From positions 44,454 to 76,453 of the forward strand of contig NZ_JACHLI010000035.1 of assembly GCF_014204515.1 (NCBI RefSeq): a stretch of DNA of 32,000 bases, read 5' to 3'. Under the pieces are notes generated by a model. It saw only the letters and a program-made list of their open reading frames with translations, was not told the origin of the DNA and ran no database searches. Below are positions 10,439 through 19,250 of this stretch, in pieces. Numbering within the stretch: the first letter of the stretch is position 1; each line of letters starts with the position of its first letter. The position numbers and the translations under genes are program-made. Origin of the DNA: Pseudomonas nitroreducens (GTDB taxonomy: Bacteria; Pseudomonadota; Gammaproteobacteria; Pseudomonadales; Pseudomonadaceae).

Positions 10439-11380
10439 GTGTCCAAAATGATGGTTTTCACGGGGAACGCCAACCCCGATCTGGCACGCCGTGTCGTACG
10501 GCAGCTGCACATCCCCCTCGGTGACGTTTCTGTCGGCAAGTTCTCCGACGGCGAAATCAGTGTCGAAATCAACGAAAACGTCCGTGGTAAGGACGTCTTC
10601 CTGATTCAACCGACCTGCGCACCGACCAACGACAACCTGATGGAACTGGTGGTGATGGCCGATGCCTTCCGCCGCTCCTCGGCGACTCGTATCACGGCCG
10701 TCATCCCCTACTTCGGTTACGCCCGCCAGGATCGCCGTCCGCGTTCCGCCCGCGTGGCCATCAGCGCCAAAGTCGTTGCCGACATGCTGACCGTCGTAGG
10801 CGTCAACCGCGTACTCACCGTTGACCTGCACGCCGACCAGATCCAGGGCTTCTTCGATATCCCCGTCGACAACATCTACGGCTCGCCCGTACTGGTCGAC
10901 GACATCGAAGACCAGCGCTTCGAGAACCTGATGATCGTCTCCCCGGACATCGGTGGCGTGGTGCGTGCTCGCGCCGTCGCCAAGTCCCTGGGCGTCGACC
11001 TGGCCATCATCGACAAGCGTCGTCCGAAGGCCAACCAGTCCGAAGTCATGCACATCATCGGTGATGTCGAAGGCCGTACCTGCGTACTGGTCGACGACAT
11101 GGTCGATACCGCCGGCACCCTCGGCCACGCCGCCAAGGCTCTGAAAGAGCACGGCGCCGCCAAGGTCATCGCCTATTGCACCCACCCGGTGCTGTCGGGC
11201 CGTGCCATCGAGAACATCGAGAATTCCGTACTGGACGAGCTGGTGGTGACCAACACCATCCCGCTGTCCGCTGCTGCGCAAGCCTGTGGCCGCATCCGCC
11301 AGCTGGACATCGCTCCGGTTGTCGCTGAAGCCATGCGCCGCATCAGCAATGAAGAATCGATCAGCGCCATGTTCCGCTAA
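10439..11380 (+). CDS. prs: Ribose-phosphate pyrophosphokinase
   Basis: Contains the PRPP-binding motif [12 protein letters not shown] and [11 protein letters not shown]. The track ORF start (10355) lies inside tRNA-Gln copy 2. I take the in-frame GTG at 10439 ((M)SKMMVFTG, 313 aa). The ATG at 10448 is the alternative. Confidence 0.93.
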   Translation: MSKMMVFTGNANPDLARRVVRQLHIPLGDVSVGKFSDGEISVEINENVRGKDVFLIQPTCAPTNDNLMELVVMADAFRRSSATRITAVIPYFGYARQDRRPRSARVAISAKVVADMLTVVGVNRVLTVDLHADQIQGFFDIPVDNIYGSPVLVDDIEDQRFENLMIVSPDIGGVVRARAVAKSLGVDLAIIDKRRPKANQSEVMHIIGDVEGRTCVLVDDMVDTAGTLGHAAKALKEHGAAKVIAYCTHPVLSGRAIENIENSVLDELVVTNTIPLSAAAQACGRIRQLDIAPVVAEAMRRISNEESISAMFR

Positions 11381-11405
11381 CGCGGGACAGAGCTGACGTA
11401 AAGCG

Positions 11406-11428
11406 CTCCGCCGTGTTGGCGGGGTTTT
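11406..11428 (+). terminator. Rho-independent terminator after prs
   Basis: Stem ctccgcc/ggcgggg (one mismatch) with loop gtgtt, followed by TTTT. Confidence 0.55.
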
Positions 11429-11492
11429 AACAAAATCGCCCGAACGCTGGTCGCAAGCGTCCGGGCGATCTTGTCATTTTGGAGATACTCAA

Positions 11493-12104
11493 ATGGTTGA
11501 CTTTGTACTCAATGCTCAAGAGCGTTCCGACCTGGGGAAAGGTGCGAGCCGCCGCCTGCGTCGTAACGCCGGCCTGATCCCGGCTGTGATCTACGGTGGC
11601 GAGAAAGCCCCGCAATCCGTCACCCTGGAACTGCGCGAAATCACCAAGCTGCTGGAAAACGAGGCTGCCTTCAGCCACGTGATCGCCCTGAACGTCGGTT
11701 CCGCCAAGGAAACCGTACTGATCAAGGCCCTGCAGCGTCACCCGTCCAAAGGCTTCGTCATGCACGCTGACTTCCAGCGCGTCGTTGCCGGCCAGAAGCT
11801 GTCCGCTCACGTTCCGCTGCACTTCATCAACGAAGCGACCGCTGTTGGCGTCAAGACCGGTGGTGGCGAGATCTCCCACGTGATCTCCGAAGTCGAAGTT
11901 TCCTGCCTGCCGAAAGACCTGCCGGAATTCATCGAAGTCGACCTGGCCCAAGTTGCTCTGGGTCAGATCGTTCACCTGTCCGACCTGAAACTGCCGAAAG
12001 GCGTAGAGCTGGTGCAACTGGCCCACGGTAACGACCTGGCCGTCGCCAACATCCACGCTTCCCGCGTTGTGAAAGAAGAAGGTGAAGGCGAAGCTGCCGA
12101 GTAA
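11493..12104 (+). CDS. rplY: 50S ribosomal protein L25 / general stress protein Ctc
   Basis: 203 aa beginning [24 protein letters not shown], with an acidic C-terminal tail. Located between prs and pth. Confidence 0.95.
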   Translation: MVDFVLNAQERSDLGKGASRRLRRNAGLIPAVIYGGEKAPQSVTLELREITKLLENEAAFSHVIALNVGSAKETVLIKALQRHPSKGFVMHADFQRVVAGQKLSAHVPLHFINEATAVGVKTGGGEISHVISEVEVSCLPKDLPEFIEVDLAQVALGQIVHLSDLKLPKGVELVQLAHGNDLAVANIHASRVVKEEGEGEAAE

Positions 12105-12142
12105 TTTCGCGCACCATTGCCTTTAAGGAAGGGGCCCCCGTC

Positions 12143-12727
12143 GTGACTGCCGTACAACTGATCGTTGGCCTGGGAAATCCAGGCCCTGAATACGACCAGA
12201 CCCGGCATAACGCGGGGGCCCTTTTCGTTGAGCGACTGGCGGACGCGCAACGCGCGAACCTGTCTCTCGACAAGAAGTACTTCGGCCTGGTCGGCAAGTT
12301 CAGCCACAAGGGCCGCGACGTTCGTCTGCTCATCCCCACCACCTACATGAACCGCAGCGGCCAGGCCGTGGCGGCGCTCGCCGGATTCTTCCGCATTCCG
12401 GTCGAAGCCATCCTGGTGGCCCACGACGAACTCGACATGCCCCCCGGCGTCGCCAAGCTCAAGAAGGGTGGCGGACACGGCGGGCACAACGGGCTTCGCG
12501 ATATCATCGCCCAGCTCGGCAACCAGAACGGTTTCCATCGCCTGCGGCTTGGCATCGGCCATCCGGGGCACAGCAGCCTGGTCTCCGGCTTCGTCCTCGG
12601 CCGCGCTCCGCGCTCCGAGCAGGAACTGCTCGATACCAGCATCGACTCCGCCCTCGGCGTGCTGCCGGAAATGCTCGACGGGGACTGGACCCGCGCGATG
12701 CAGAAGCTGCACAGCCAGAAGGCCTGA
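12143..12727 (+). CDS. pth: Peptidyl-tRNA hydrolase
   Basis: 194 aa with a GTG start. Motifs [15 protein letters not shown] and [11 protein letters not shown]. Confidence 0.95.
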   Translation: MTAVQLIVGLGNPGPEYDQTRHNAGALFVERLADAQRANLSLDKKYFGLVGKFSHKGRDVRLLIPTTYMNRSGQAVAALAGFFRIPVEAILVAHDELDMPPGVAKLKKGGGHGGHNGLRDIIAQLGNQNGFHRLRLGIGHPGHSSLVSGFVLGRAPRSEQELLDTSIDSALGVLPEMLDGDWTRAMQKLHSQKA

Positions 12728-12767
12728 TCACACCTCTATTTCCGCCACGTGGCGCGAGGAACCTAGC

Positions 12768-13868
12768 ATGGGATTCAACTGCGGCATCGTCGGCCTGCCC
12801 AACGTCGGCAAGTCCACCCTGTTCAACGCCCTGACCAAATCCGGCATCGCGGCGGAAAACTTCCCCTTCTGCACCATCGAGCCGAACAGCGGCATCGTCC
12901 CGATGCCCGACGCCCGCCTCGATGCGCTGGCCGAGATCGTCAAGCCCGAGCGCGTGATCCCGACCACCATGGAGTTCGTCGATATCGCCGGCCTGGTCGC
13001 CGGTGCGTCCAAGGGTGAAGGCCTGGGCAACAAGTTCCTCGCCAACATCCGCGAGACCGACGCCATCGCCCACGTCGTGCGCTGCTTCGAGGACGAGAAC
13101 GTCATCCACGTCTCCAACAGCGTCGACCCCAAGCGTGACATCGAGATCATCGACCTCGAACTGATCTTCGCCGACCTCGACAGCTGCGAGAAGCAACTGC
13201 AGAAGGTCGCGCGCAACGCCAAGGGCGGCGACAAGGAAGCCCTGGTGCAGAAAGCCCTGCTGGAAAAGCTCATCCCCCACTTCACCGAAGGCAAACCCGC
13301 CCGCTCGCTGATGAAGAACATGGGTGATGACGAGAAGCGCGTCGTCCGCGGCTTCCACCTGCTGACCAGCAAGCCGGTCATGTACATCGCCAACGTCGCC
13401 GAAGACGGCTTCGAGAACAACCCGCACCTGGACGTCGTGCGCGCCATCGCCGAAGAAGAAGGCGCCATGGTCGTGCCGGTGTGCAACAAGATCGAAGCCG
13501 AGATCGCCGAGCTGGACGACGGCGAAGAGAAGGACATGTTCCTCGAATCCCTCGGCCTCGAAGAGCCGGGCCTCAACCGCGTGATCCGCGCCGGCTACGA
13601 GCTGCTGCACCTGCAGACCTACTTCACCGCCGGTGTGAAGGAAGTCCGCGCCTGGACCGTCCGCGTCGGTGCCACTGCTCCGCAGGCCGCCGCCGTGATC
13701 CACACCGACTTCGAGAAAGGCTTCATCCGCGCCGAAGTCGTTGCCTACGACGACTTCATCCAGTTCAAGGGCGAACAGGGCGCGAAAGAAGCCGGCAAAT
13801 GGCGCCTGGAAGGCAAGGAGTACATCGTCAAAGACGGCGACGTGATGCACTTCCGCTTCAACGTCTAA
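12768..13868 (+). CDS. ychF: Redox-regulated ATPase YchF (Obg-like)
   Basis: True start is the ATG at 12768 ([23 protein letters not shown]). 366 aa with a C-terminal TGS/YchF domain ([20 protein letters not shown]). The track start at 12468 overlaps pth. Confidence 0.95.
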   Translation: MGFNCGIVGLPNVGKSTLFNALTKSGIAAENFPFCTIEPNSGIVPMPDARLDALAEIVKPERVIPTTMEFVDIAGLVAGASKGEGLGNKFLANIRETDAIAHVVRCFEDENVIHVSNSVDPKRDIEIIDLELIFADLDSCEKQLQKVARNAKGGDKEALVQKALLEKLIPHFTEGKPARSLMKNMGDDEKRVVRGFHLLTSKPVMYIANVAEDGFENNPHLDVVRAIAEEEGAMVVPVCNKIEAEIAELDDGEEKDMFLESLGLEEPGLNRVIRAGYELLHLQTYFTAGVKEVRAWTVRVGATAPQAAAVIHTDFEKGFIRAEVVAYDDFIQFKGEQGAKEAGKWRLEGKEYIVKDGDVMHFRFNV

Positions 13869-13887
13869 GCCCCTGCGATCCCCGAAA

Positions 13888-13915
13888 AGCCTCGGCCACC
13901 CGCCGGGGCTTTTTC
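13888..13915 (+). terminator. Rho-independent terminator after ychF
   Basis: Stem agcctcgg/ccggggct (one G-U pair) with loop ccacccg, followed by TTTTT. Confidence 0.7.
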
Positions 13916-14005
13916 TTATGTGCACCCTACCCCGCCGCTCATCGCGAAAATCTCTCGCGACCGGCTAAACGATTGATAGATCAGAACAATATTCAAGAAA
14001 AGGGG

Positions 14006-14034
14006 TTGACACCCCCCCTCGATCTGCGGAAAAT
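14006..14034 (+). promoter_or_regulatory. Candidate sigma70 promoter for tRNA-Met
   Basis: TTGACA (14006-14011), a 17-bp spacer, then GAAAAT (14029-14034). A GC-rich discriminator gcgcgcc follows, and the tRNA starts at 14046. Confidence 0.45.
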
Positions 14035-14045
14035 GCGCGCCACTC

Positions 14046-14122
14046 GGCTACATAGCTCAGTCGGTTAGAGCGCAGCATTCATAATGCTGATGTCCCAGGT
14101 TCAAGTCCCGGTGTAGCCACCA
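14046..14122 (+). tRNA. tRNA-Met (anticodon CAU, elongator type)
   Basis: 77-nt cloverleaf: acceptor ggctaca/tgtagcc, anticodon arm cagca-ttCATaa-tgctg, T arm ccagg-ttcaagt-cccgg, and an encoded CCA. Same position as PAO1 PA4673.1, as I recall. Confidence 0.95.
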
Positions 14123-14130
14123 TACAAAAC

Positions 14131-14165
14131 AAAGGGTTAGCGAAAGCTAGCCCTTTGTGCTTTCT
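14131..14165 (+). terminator. Hairpin terminator immediately 3' of tRNA-Met
   Basis: aaagggttagc-gaaa-gctagcccttt (one mismatch), followed by gtgctttct. Confidence 0.5.
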
Positions 14166-14464
14166 GCGGTAGTGACTACGAAGTGACTACACCCTGTCTA
14201 CTACCGCACCTCAGTACCTTTTCAACTCGCTCAAATCCTGAGCTTCGTTCGACTCTGCGAGCTACCGCCGTCCTTAGACGCAGGATTGCGGAGCTCCTCA
14301 TGCGCTTTGATCACTAAATATAGTCGGTTCATCCTCTGTATATTCCAGGTGCGTCACCCTGATATTTCAGTTCCTCCTCTGAAAAGCATTGTTCTGATAG
14401 GAATTAAGGATTAAATGTAGGTCACTCTTTCCTAAGAGCGCCCACAGGAAGTGCAAACCGATAA

Positions 14465-14495
14465 AGCCCGGCAGACTAGCCGGGCTTTTTCATTT
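14465..14495 (+). terminator. Terminator-like hairpin about 45 nt upstream of the Rhs start codon
   Basis: agcccggc-agacta-gccgggct followed by TTTTTcaTTTT. It lies inside the GTG-extended track ORF (14451), which argues for the ATG at 14538 as the real start. Confidence 0.5.
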
Positions 14496-14537
14496 TCGCC
14501 TTTTAATTCCCACTCAAAAAATCAGAGTGAGCCACAA

Positions 14538-16076
14538 ATGCCAAACCTAAAACACATAGCAATACTTATCAGCGCACTGTGTATCAGCGAAACATCTAAC
14601 GCGGAGAGCTTTTGGGGAGCCCCCTATCGTCACTCTGGATATATGTTCAACGGCCCCTGGCTGACAACTAAAGACGCGATCAATGCATGGTGGCAGTCTT
14701 ATCAAAACGTCTGGCACATGCCAAATTGCAGCTTTGTAAGAGAGGTTTACTACCCATCAGATGCTAACAATGGTCAAGTCTACAACTTGATCCTCGGGAA
14801 CGGCTGTGGTGGCGGGGACGGCATATTCGCTACAAAACGAGACTATCTGCCCGAGAAAAACTTTGGACCAGCACAAATGTGCGCGTCAGGCGGCAATCCG
14901 ATCAATGCCTTGACCGGCACGAAGTATCAAGAAGCTGAAGATCCAATTTCTCCATCACTACGATTTCGCCGATACTTCAACGGCAGTGATGTCGTAGCTG
15001 CAGGCAATATGGGAAAGTCCTGGAGGCATGAATACTCCTACCAGCTTGCATACTTCAAGGAAACAATTTCGGAATCTGCAGTTCTCTTCAGACCTAACGG
15101 CCTACAAATGGGATTCCGCACCGTCGGCGACCAATGGATCCCAGATATTGGCTCTAAAGGATCCTTAACCTCACAAAAAGACCCTGCAGGAAATGTGATT
15201 GGCTTGACCTATCTTGATCCTGAGAGCGGCAACAAAGAGCGCTATTCGACCGACGGAAATATTCAATCAATCACTAACAACTTGAGCAGAGCACTTAGCT
15301 TTGAATATAGCGACAACTCGACCCCTGGCAGCGTAGCCCCGAGCCTGGGACTGCTCATCAAGATCAGCGACGACCTGGGGCATTCCATCAGCTTCACCTA
15401 CAATCAAGACAAGAACATAGCCAAAGCAACAAATGATTCCGGGGAAAACATCAATTACGGATACGACACGACTGGCAACCTGATTGCCGTCCACTATCCG
15501 GATAATACTTCCATGCAGTACCTGTATAACGAGCCGTCCATGGTTGCTGTTGGTACGCCTAATAGCCTGACAGGGATCATTGATCGAAATGGAGTTCGGT
15601 TCGCATCCTGGACGTACGACCAGCTTGGCAGAGGTTTGTCCAGCGAACATGCGGGAAGCGCAGAACGAGTGACTTTGGCTTACAACGCTGATGGGTCCAC
15701 TACGATCACCAACGAATATGGCAAAAAAGCCGTATACCGTTATGAAGTGTTGCAAGGCAAAAAACTCCTAACCTCGCTTGAGGGAGAGCCCACCCCAAAC
15801 TGCCCTGCAAGTAACTCCACCTTCACCTACGACACCCAAGGGCTTCTAAAAACCAAAACCGACGCCAAAGGCAACCTCACCACCTACGACTACAACGACC
15901 GCGGCCTCGAAACCAGCCGCACCGAAGCCTCCGGCACCGCGCAGGCTCGCACCATCGCCACCGAGTGGCACCCGACGCTCTACCTGAAAACCAAGGTCAC
16001 CGAACCCGACCGCATCACCACCTACCAGTACGACGCCCAGGGCCGCCAGACCGGTCAGACCGTCACCTCCCGCTAA
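14538..16076 (+). CDS. Rhs/YD-repeat protein, N-terminal half (Sec signal + N-terminal plug-like region + first YD repeats)
   Basis: 512 aa from the ATG at 14538. Signal peptide MPNLKHIAILISALCISETSNA. The block GNPINALTGTKYQEAEDP is typical of Rhs N-terminal regions. Multiple YD repeats are present (YGYDTTGNLIAV, FTYDTQGLLKTKTDAKGNLTTYDYNDRGL, YQYDAQGRQT). The 5' ~1.25 kb is AT-rich and the last ~0.3 kb is GC-rich. Confidence 0.8.
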   Translation: MPNLKHIAILISALCISETSNAESFWGAPYRHSGYMFNGPWLTTKDAINAWWQSYQNVWHMPNCSFVREVYYPSDANNGQVYNLILGNGCGGGDGIFATKRDYLPEKNFGPAQMCASGGNPINALTGTKYQEAEDPISPSLRFRRYFNGSDVVAAGNMGKSWRHEYSYQLAYFKETISESAVLFRPNGLQMGFRTVGDQWIPDIGSKGSLTSQKDPAGNVIGLTYLDPESGNKERYSTDGNIQSITNNLSRALSFEYSDNSTPGSVAPSLGLLIKISDDLGHSISFTYNQDKNIAKATNDSGENINYGYDTTGNLIAVHYPDNTSMQYLYNEPSMVAVGTPNSLTGIIDRNGVRFASWTYDQLGRGLSSEHAGSAERVTLAYNADGSTTITNEYGKKAVYRYEVLQGKKLLTSLEGEPTPNCPASNSTFTYDTQGLLKTKTDAKGNLTTYDYNDRGLETSRTEASGTAQARTIATEWHPTLYLKTKVTEPDRITTYQYDAQGRQTGQTVTSR

Positions 16077-16092
16077 CGCCAAGGAAGTCATC

Positions 16093-18729
16093 ATGCAGGT
16101 ACATCCCATGTACAGGCTGGGCGCGCTCGCCCTTGCCTGCGGCCTCGCTATGTCCGCAACAGCGGCCGAGCGCAGCTGGAATTACACCTACACCGCCCAG
16201 GGACTGATCGAAACCGCCGACGGCCCGCGCACTGACGTGCAGGACGTCACCCACTACACCTACGACGCCAAGGGCAACCTCACCAAGGTCGCCAACGCCC
16301 TGGGGCAGGAAACCCTGCTCGGCAACTATGACGAGCGCGGCAACCCCGGCTCCGTCACCGACGCCAACGGCGTGGTCAGCACCCTGACCTACAGCGGCGT
16401 CGATCCCAAGCTGGCCAGCATCACCACCGACGGCAGCACCACCAGCTTCGAGCACGATGCAGTCGGCCAACTGACCAGGATCACCCGCGCCGACGGCAGC
16501 TGGCTGCAATACACCTACGACCCGGCGCGCCGCCTCACCGCGATCACCAACAACCTTGGCGAGCGCGTGGAGTACGACGTCGACGTCGCCGGCAAACGCA
16601 CTGCCCAGCGCCTGAAAGACGCCACCGGCACCCTCAAGCAACAACAGAGCTGGGTGTATGACGAACTGGGCCGCCTGCTGCGCTCGGTCGGCGCGGGTGC
16701 GCAGACCGATCACTACCAGTACGACCTCAACGACAACCCCACCGGCCACACCAACCCGCGCCAGTTCAGCAACTCCAGCAGCTTCGATGCCCTGGATCGT
16801 CTGGTCGGCCAGACCGACGCACTGAATGGCGTCACCCAGCTGGGCTACGACGCCCAGGACAACCTCACCCAGGTGCAGGACCCGCGCGGCGTCACCACCC
16901 GCTACGAGTACGACGGCCTGGGCAACCTGACCAAGCTGATCAGCCCGGACAGCGGTACCAGCACCTTCGAATACGACGCTGCTGGCAACGTCACCCAACA
17001 GACCGATGCCCGGGGCGTGGTCGTCACCTTCAGCTACGACGCGCTGAATCGTCTGACTGCGCGCCACTACCCGGCCACGCCGGCACTGGACGCGACCTAC
17101 AGCTACGACGCCACAGCGAACGGCAACGTAGGCATCGGCCGCCTCACCGCGATCCAGGATGGCAGCGGCACCCTCGCCTATCGCTACGACGCCCGCGGCA
17201 ACCTGATCGAGCAGGCGCGCAGCCTCAGCGTCAACGGCCAGACCCTGGCAGACAGCGTGACCTTCCAGTACGACGCCGCTGACCAACTGGTGGGCATCGG
17301 CTACCCAGGCGCCGTGCAGGTGGGCTACCCGCGCAACACCGGCGGGCAAGTCAGCAGCGTGACGCTGGCCCTGGAAGGTGGCAGCCCCGGTAACCTCGCC
17401 AGCGGCATCAGCTACCTGCCGTTCGGCCCGCTGCAGCAGCTGACCTGGGCCAACGGCATCCAGCTCAAGCGCGAGTACGACCAGGACTACCAACTGACCC
17501 GCCAGGACGTCGGCCCGTGGCGCAACGACTACCAGCGCGACGCCAACGGCAACATCACCGAGCTGGCCAACAATCTCTGGGGCACCCTGACCTACGGCTA
17601 TGACGCCCTGGACCGGCTGACCAGCGAGAACAGCGCCAACCAGCAACGCAGCTACACCTATGACGCGGTAGGCAACCGCACCCAGCGGCAGCAAACCGAA
17701 AACGGCACCACCGCGACCACCACCTACCAGTACGCCAGCGACAGCAACCGCCTGACCGCCATCGACAACCAGGCCGTCACCAGCGACGCCGCCGGCAACC
17801 TGACCCAGGACCGCGCCAGCCGCCTGCTCGGCTACGACGCCCAGAACCGCCTGGCCAGCGTGAAGGTCAATGGCCAGCAGGTCGCCGAGTATCGCTACAA
17901 CAGCCTCGGCCAGCGCATCGCCAAGCTCACCGGCCAGGGCTTTACCACCTACCTGTACGGCCCCGACGGTCAGCTGCTGGCGGAGCAGGACTACAGCAGC
18001 GCCGGCACCGCCCTGCGCAGCCAGGCCTACCTGTGGCTGGACAGCATGCCGCTGGCCAGCGTGGAGACCCAAGGCAGCAGTTCGCCGCGGGTGATCTACC
18101 TGCACAGCGACCACCTGAACACGCCCCGCCTGGCCACTTCAGCGAACCAGCAGATCATCTGGCAGTGGCAGTCGGATGCATTCGGCAATGGCGCTCCGAA
18201 TCAGGATCCGCAAGGTACTGGGCAGCAGGCGATACTCAATCTACGTTTTCCGGGACAATATTTCGACTTAGAGAGCAGTTTGCACTATAACTACCTCCGC
18301 GATTACGACCCACAAACAGGACGATACATCGAAAGTGACCCGCTTGGTTTGGATTACAAGTCTCTTGATCCGGGAGTCGAGCTAGCTGAAGGGCTTGGAC
18401 TAGTAAATTACTCATCGCAATCTGAGTACATGAACAAGCTTTATCACTATACAGAAAACAACCCTATCAATTTTTTCGACATTGACGGGCTTGTCCGAGA
18501 CAAATATAAAAAACCTGAAAACCCAAACAAAAGAAAAGGTGCAGATGAAAGGCAAAAGTCTGGGGAGCGTGAACGAAATGTCGGGCACCCTGAAGGTGAA
18601 GAGCATTCGCGACGCCCCAAAGGCGGAATTAGGATGCGAATGCCAATCCCGTTTATGCTTAACCCATGCCTAGTCATCCCGACTCTCTGCAATCCTAATT
18701 GGCCGTATGGCGATGACCAGAACTGTTAG
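16093..18729 (+). CDS. Rhs/YD-repeat core protein with its own signal peptide, Rhs C-terminal core motifs and a short variable tip
   Basis: 878 aa. SD aaggaag lies 7 nt upstream of the ATG at 16093. Signal-like N-terminus MQVHPMYRLGALALACGLAMSATAA. There are dozens of YD repeats. Core end is YNYLRDYDPQTGRYIESDPLGL (DPLGL at 18337-18351), with a second motif NNPINFFDIDGL (18478-18492), followed by a 78-aa basic, Cys-containing tail. Confidence 0.85.
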   Translation: MQVHPMYRLGALALACGLAMSATAAERSWNYTYTAQGLIETADGPRTDVQDVTHYTYDAKGNLTKVANALGQETLLGNYDERGNPGSVTDANGVVSTLTYSGVDPKLASITTDGSTTSFEHDAVGQLTRITRADGSWLQYTYDPARRLTAITNNLGERVEYDVDVAGKRTAQRLKDATGTLKQQQSWVYDELGRLLRSVGAGAQTDHYQYDLNDNPTGHTNPRQFSNSSSFDALDRLVGQTDALNGVTQLGYDAQDNLTQVQDPRGVTTRYEYDGLGNLTKLISPDSGTSTFEYDAAGNVTQQTDARGVVVTFSYDALNRLTARHYPATPALDATYSYDATANGNVGIGRLTAIQDGSGTLAYRYDARGNLIEQARSLSVNGQTLADSVTFQYDAADQLVGIGYPGAVQVGYPRNTGGQVSSVTLALEGGSPGNLASGISYLPFGPLQQLTWANGIQLKREYDQDYQLTRQDVGPWRNDYQRDANGNITELANNLWGTLTYGYDALDRLTSENSANQQRSYTYDAVGNRTQRQQTENGTTATTTYQYASDSNRLTAIDNQAVTSDAAGNLTQDRASRLLGYDAQNRLASVKVNGQQVAEYRYNSLGQRIAKLTGQGFTTYLYGPDGQLLAEQDYSSAGTALRSQAYLWLDSMPLASVETQGSSSPRVIYLHSDHLNTPRLATSANQQIIWQWQSDAFGNGAPNQDPQGTGQQAILNLRFPGQYFDLESSLHYNYLRDYDPQTGRYIESDPLGLDYKSLDPGVELAEGLGLVNYSSQSEYMNKLYHYTENNPINFFDIDGLVRDKYKKPENPNKRKGADERQKSGERERNVGHPEGEEHSRRPKGGIRMRMPIPFMLNPCLVIPTLCNPNWPYGDDQNC

Positions 18730-18739
18730 TAGGTGAGAT

Positions 18740-19216
18740 ATGACCGATCCATTCATAGAAATTCATGAGCTATTGCGCGGCAAGGATTATGAAACCGCGT
18801 TCAACAGGCTATACAATAAAAATACAAATTCCATAAGCGAGGAATTCAAGGAGGACTACAACCATGCGTGGTACATAATTGGAGACATATTCTTTAAATC
18901 CTCCAACTATGAAATGGCGATACACTCATTCAAGAAGGCATTAGAAAGCCGGATTGACGACATTGAAGCCTACCGCGCCCTGGCCAATAGTTACTCCGCA
19001 ATTGGAGCCCCTGAGAAGTCATGTGAGCAGCTTAATACGGCACTTCAATTTTCTCCAAACGACCCAATTCTTAATTACAACCTAGGGAATGCGTTCTTCG
19101 ATATTGGGGACTACAAAAAAGCCATAAAAGCATACGAGAAGGTTCCTCATGACCAAGGAGAGATTTACACACTAGCCCAAGAAAATATCAAGAGATCGAA
19201 AGATCTAGTCTCTTAA
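18740..19216 (+). CDS. TPR-repeat protein, candidate cognate immunity protein for the Rhs tip
   Basis: 158 aa, AT-rich like the Rhs tip. Good SD (aggtgag). Starts 11 nt after the Rhs stop. At least three TPR-like repeats (AWYIIGDIFFKSSNYEMAIHSFKKAL, AYRALANSYSAIGAPEKSCEQLNTAL, LNYNLGNAFFDIGDYKKAIKAYEKV). The immunity role is inferred from position only. Confidence 0.55.
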   Translation: MTDPFIEIHELLRGKDYETAFNRLYNKNTNSISEEFKEDYNHAWYIIGDIFFKSSNYEMAIHSFKKALESRIDDIEAYRALANSYSAIGAPEKSCEQLNTALQFSPNDPILNYNLGNAFFDIGDYKKAIKAYEKVPHDQGEIYTLAQENIKRSKDLVS

Positions 19217-19224
19217 AATGACTC

Positions 19225-19250
19225 GGGGCGTTTCAATAGCGCCCCTCTTT
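19225..19250. terminator. Weak hairpin between the convergent TPR gene and the integrase
   Basis: ggggcg-tttcaatag-cgcccc followed by tcttt. Confidence 0.35.

Noticed and set aside
11435-11469. 13-bp-stem hairpin (atcgcccgaacgc / gcgtccgggcgat) upstream of rplY, considered as a riboswitch or leader element
   Set aside because: It lies just after the prs terminator and before the rplY SD. It is most simply a second terminator or REP-like hairpin. I do not recognise any conserved leader motif in it.
14451-14537. GTG-initiated 29-aa N-terminal extension of the first Rhs ORF, as given in the track
   Set aside because: The extension contains a terminator-like hairpin and T-run (14465-14495). It would also bury the clear signal peptide that begins at the ATG at 14538.
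15267-15755. 162-aa minus-strand ORF inside the AT-rich part of the first Rhs gene
   Set aside because: It is antisense to a frame that carries clear YD repeats, and it has no motifs or start signals of its own.
16063-18114. 683-aa minus-strand ORF across the Rhs core
   Set aside because: It is antisense to the YD-repeat gene. Its translation is low-complexity (A/G/V-rich) with no start context. It is a high-GC artefact.
18412-18692. Small ORFs (64, 81 and 63 aa) overlapping the Rhs C-terminal tip in other frames or strands, considered as alternative immunity genes
   Set aside because: They lie entirely inside the Rhs coding frame and lack SDs. The TPR gene, with its strong SD immediately after the Rhs stop, is the far better immunity candidate.
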